DNA from: Deinococcales bacterium
GTDB taxonomy: Bacteria; Deinococcota; Deinococci; Deinococcales; JAAFIG01
DNA length: 17,844 nucleotides
Assembly (NCBI GenBank): GCA_043778225.1
Contig: JAYWGM010000073.1
Coordinates: 1 to 17,844 of the forward strand
Reading direction: 5' to 3'
The notes beneath the pieces are model-generated. The model was not told the DNA's origin. It saw nothing but the letters and a program-made list of their open reading frames with translations, and did not search any database. Shown piece by piece: positions 17,595-17,844 of this stretch (within the stretch, counting starts at the first letter, position 1; each line of letters begins with the position of its first letter). The position numbers and the translations under genes are program-made.

Positions 17595-17777
17595 TTTGTG
17601 TATTTGCTTACAATTTTATGCGTACTGCAAGGTATAAATCAATTAAACCCATTGTGATTATGCTGTAAGAATAACTGTGCTATTTTTCTGAGTACCTATG
17701 AAAATCTAAACCGCATAGGTTATATGCACCATACGCTCGAGCGTACATATTGCCCTCGAGCAAACTAGGAGAACCAC

Positions 17778-17844
17778 ATGAAAAACCGTAGTGTAAAAGG
17801 CTTCACCCTGATCGAACTTTTGATTGTTATCGCAATCATCGGTA
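17778..17844 (+). CDS. pilA: Type IV pilin-like protein, N-terminus only (runs off the window)
   Basis: AGGAG RBS, then MKNRSVKG|FTLIELLIVIAIIG: a class III prepilin signal with G|F cleavage site and Glu at +5. Confidence 0.85.
   Translation, partial: MKNRSVKGFTLIELLIVIAIIG

Overview
Bacterial chromosomal window, probably Deinococcota. This assignment is inferred from the Thermus/Deinococcus-like CarD and from about 8 genes with a TANNNT -10 box only 6-7 nt before the start codon (leaderless). The hexamer CTCGAG is extremely over-represented (about 115-120 copies by manual count versus about 4 expected). Left part (1-5.8 kb) is core-like: maf (partial), ubiX, a lipoprotein, a GlcD-family oxidase, carD, a membrane HExxH protein fused to a TfoX C-terminal domain, an orphan response regulator and tRNA-Gln(UUG). 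After the tRNA comes an AT-rich glycan cluster: a 25-codon rfbF-like stub, fdtC/fdtA/fdtB-like genes, GT2, wzx, an epimerase, an acetyltransferase, a putative GT and a convergent wbaP. An accessory zone follows: a HigBA-like toxin-antitoxin pair, an IS3-family element whose transposase is broken by a 40-nt hairpin insert, and a decayed HExxH metallopeptidase-like gene. Two copies of a ~75-85 bp direct repeat, whose 3' half resembles the tRNA 3' end plus terminator, punctuate this zone. The window ends in the N-terminus of a type IV pilin, suggesting a variable pilin/surface glycosylation locus.
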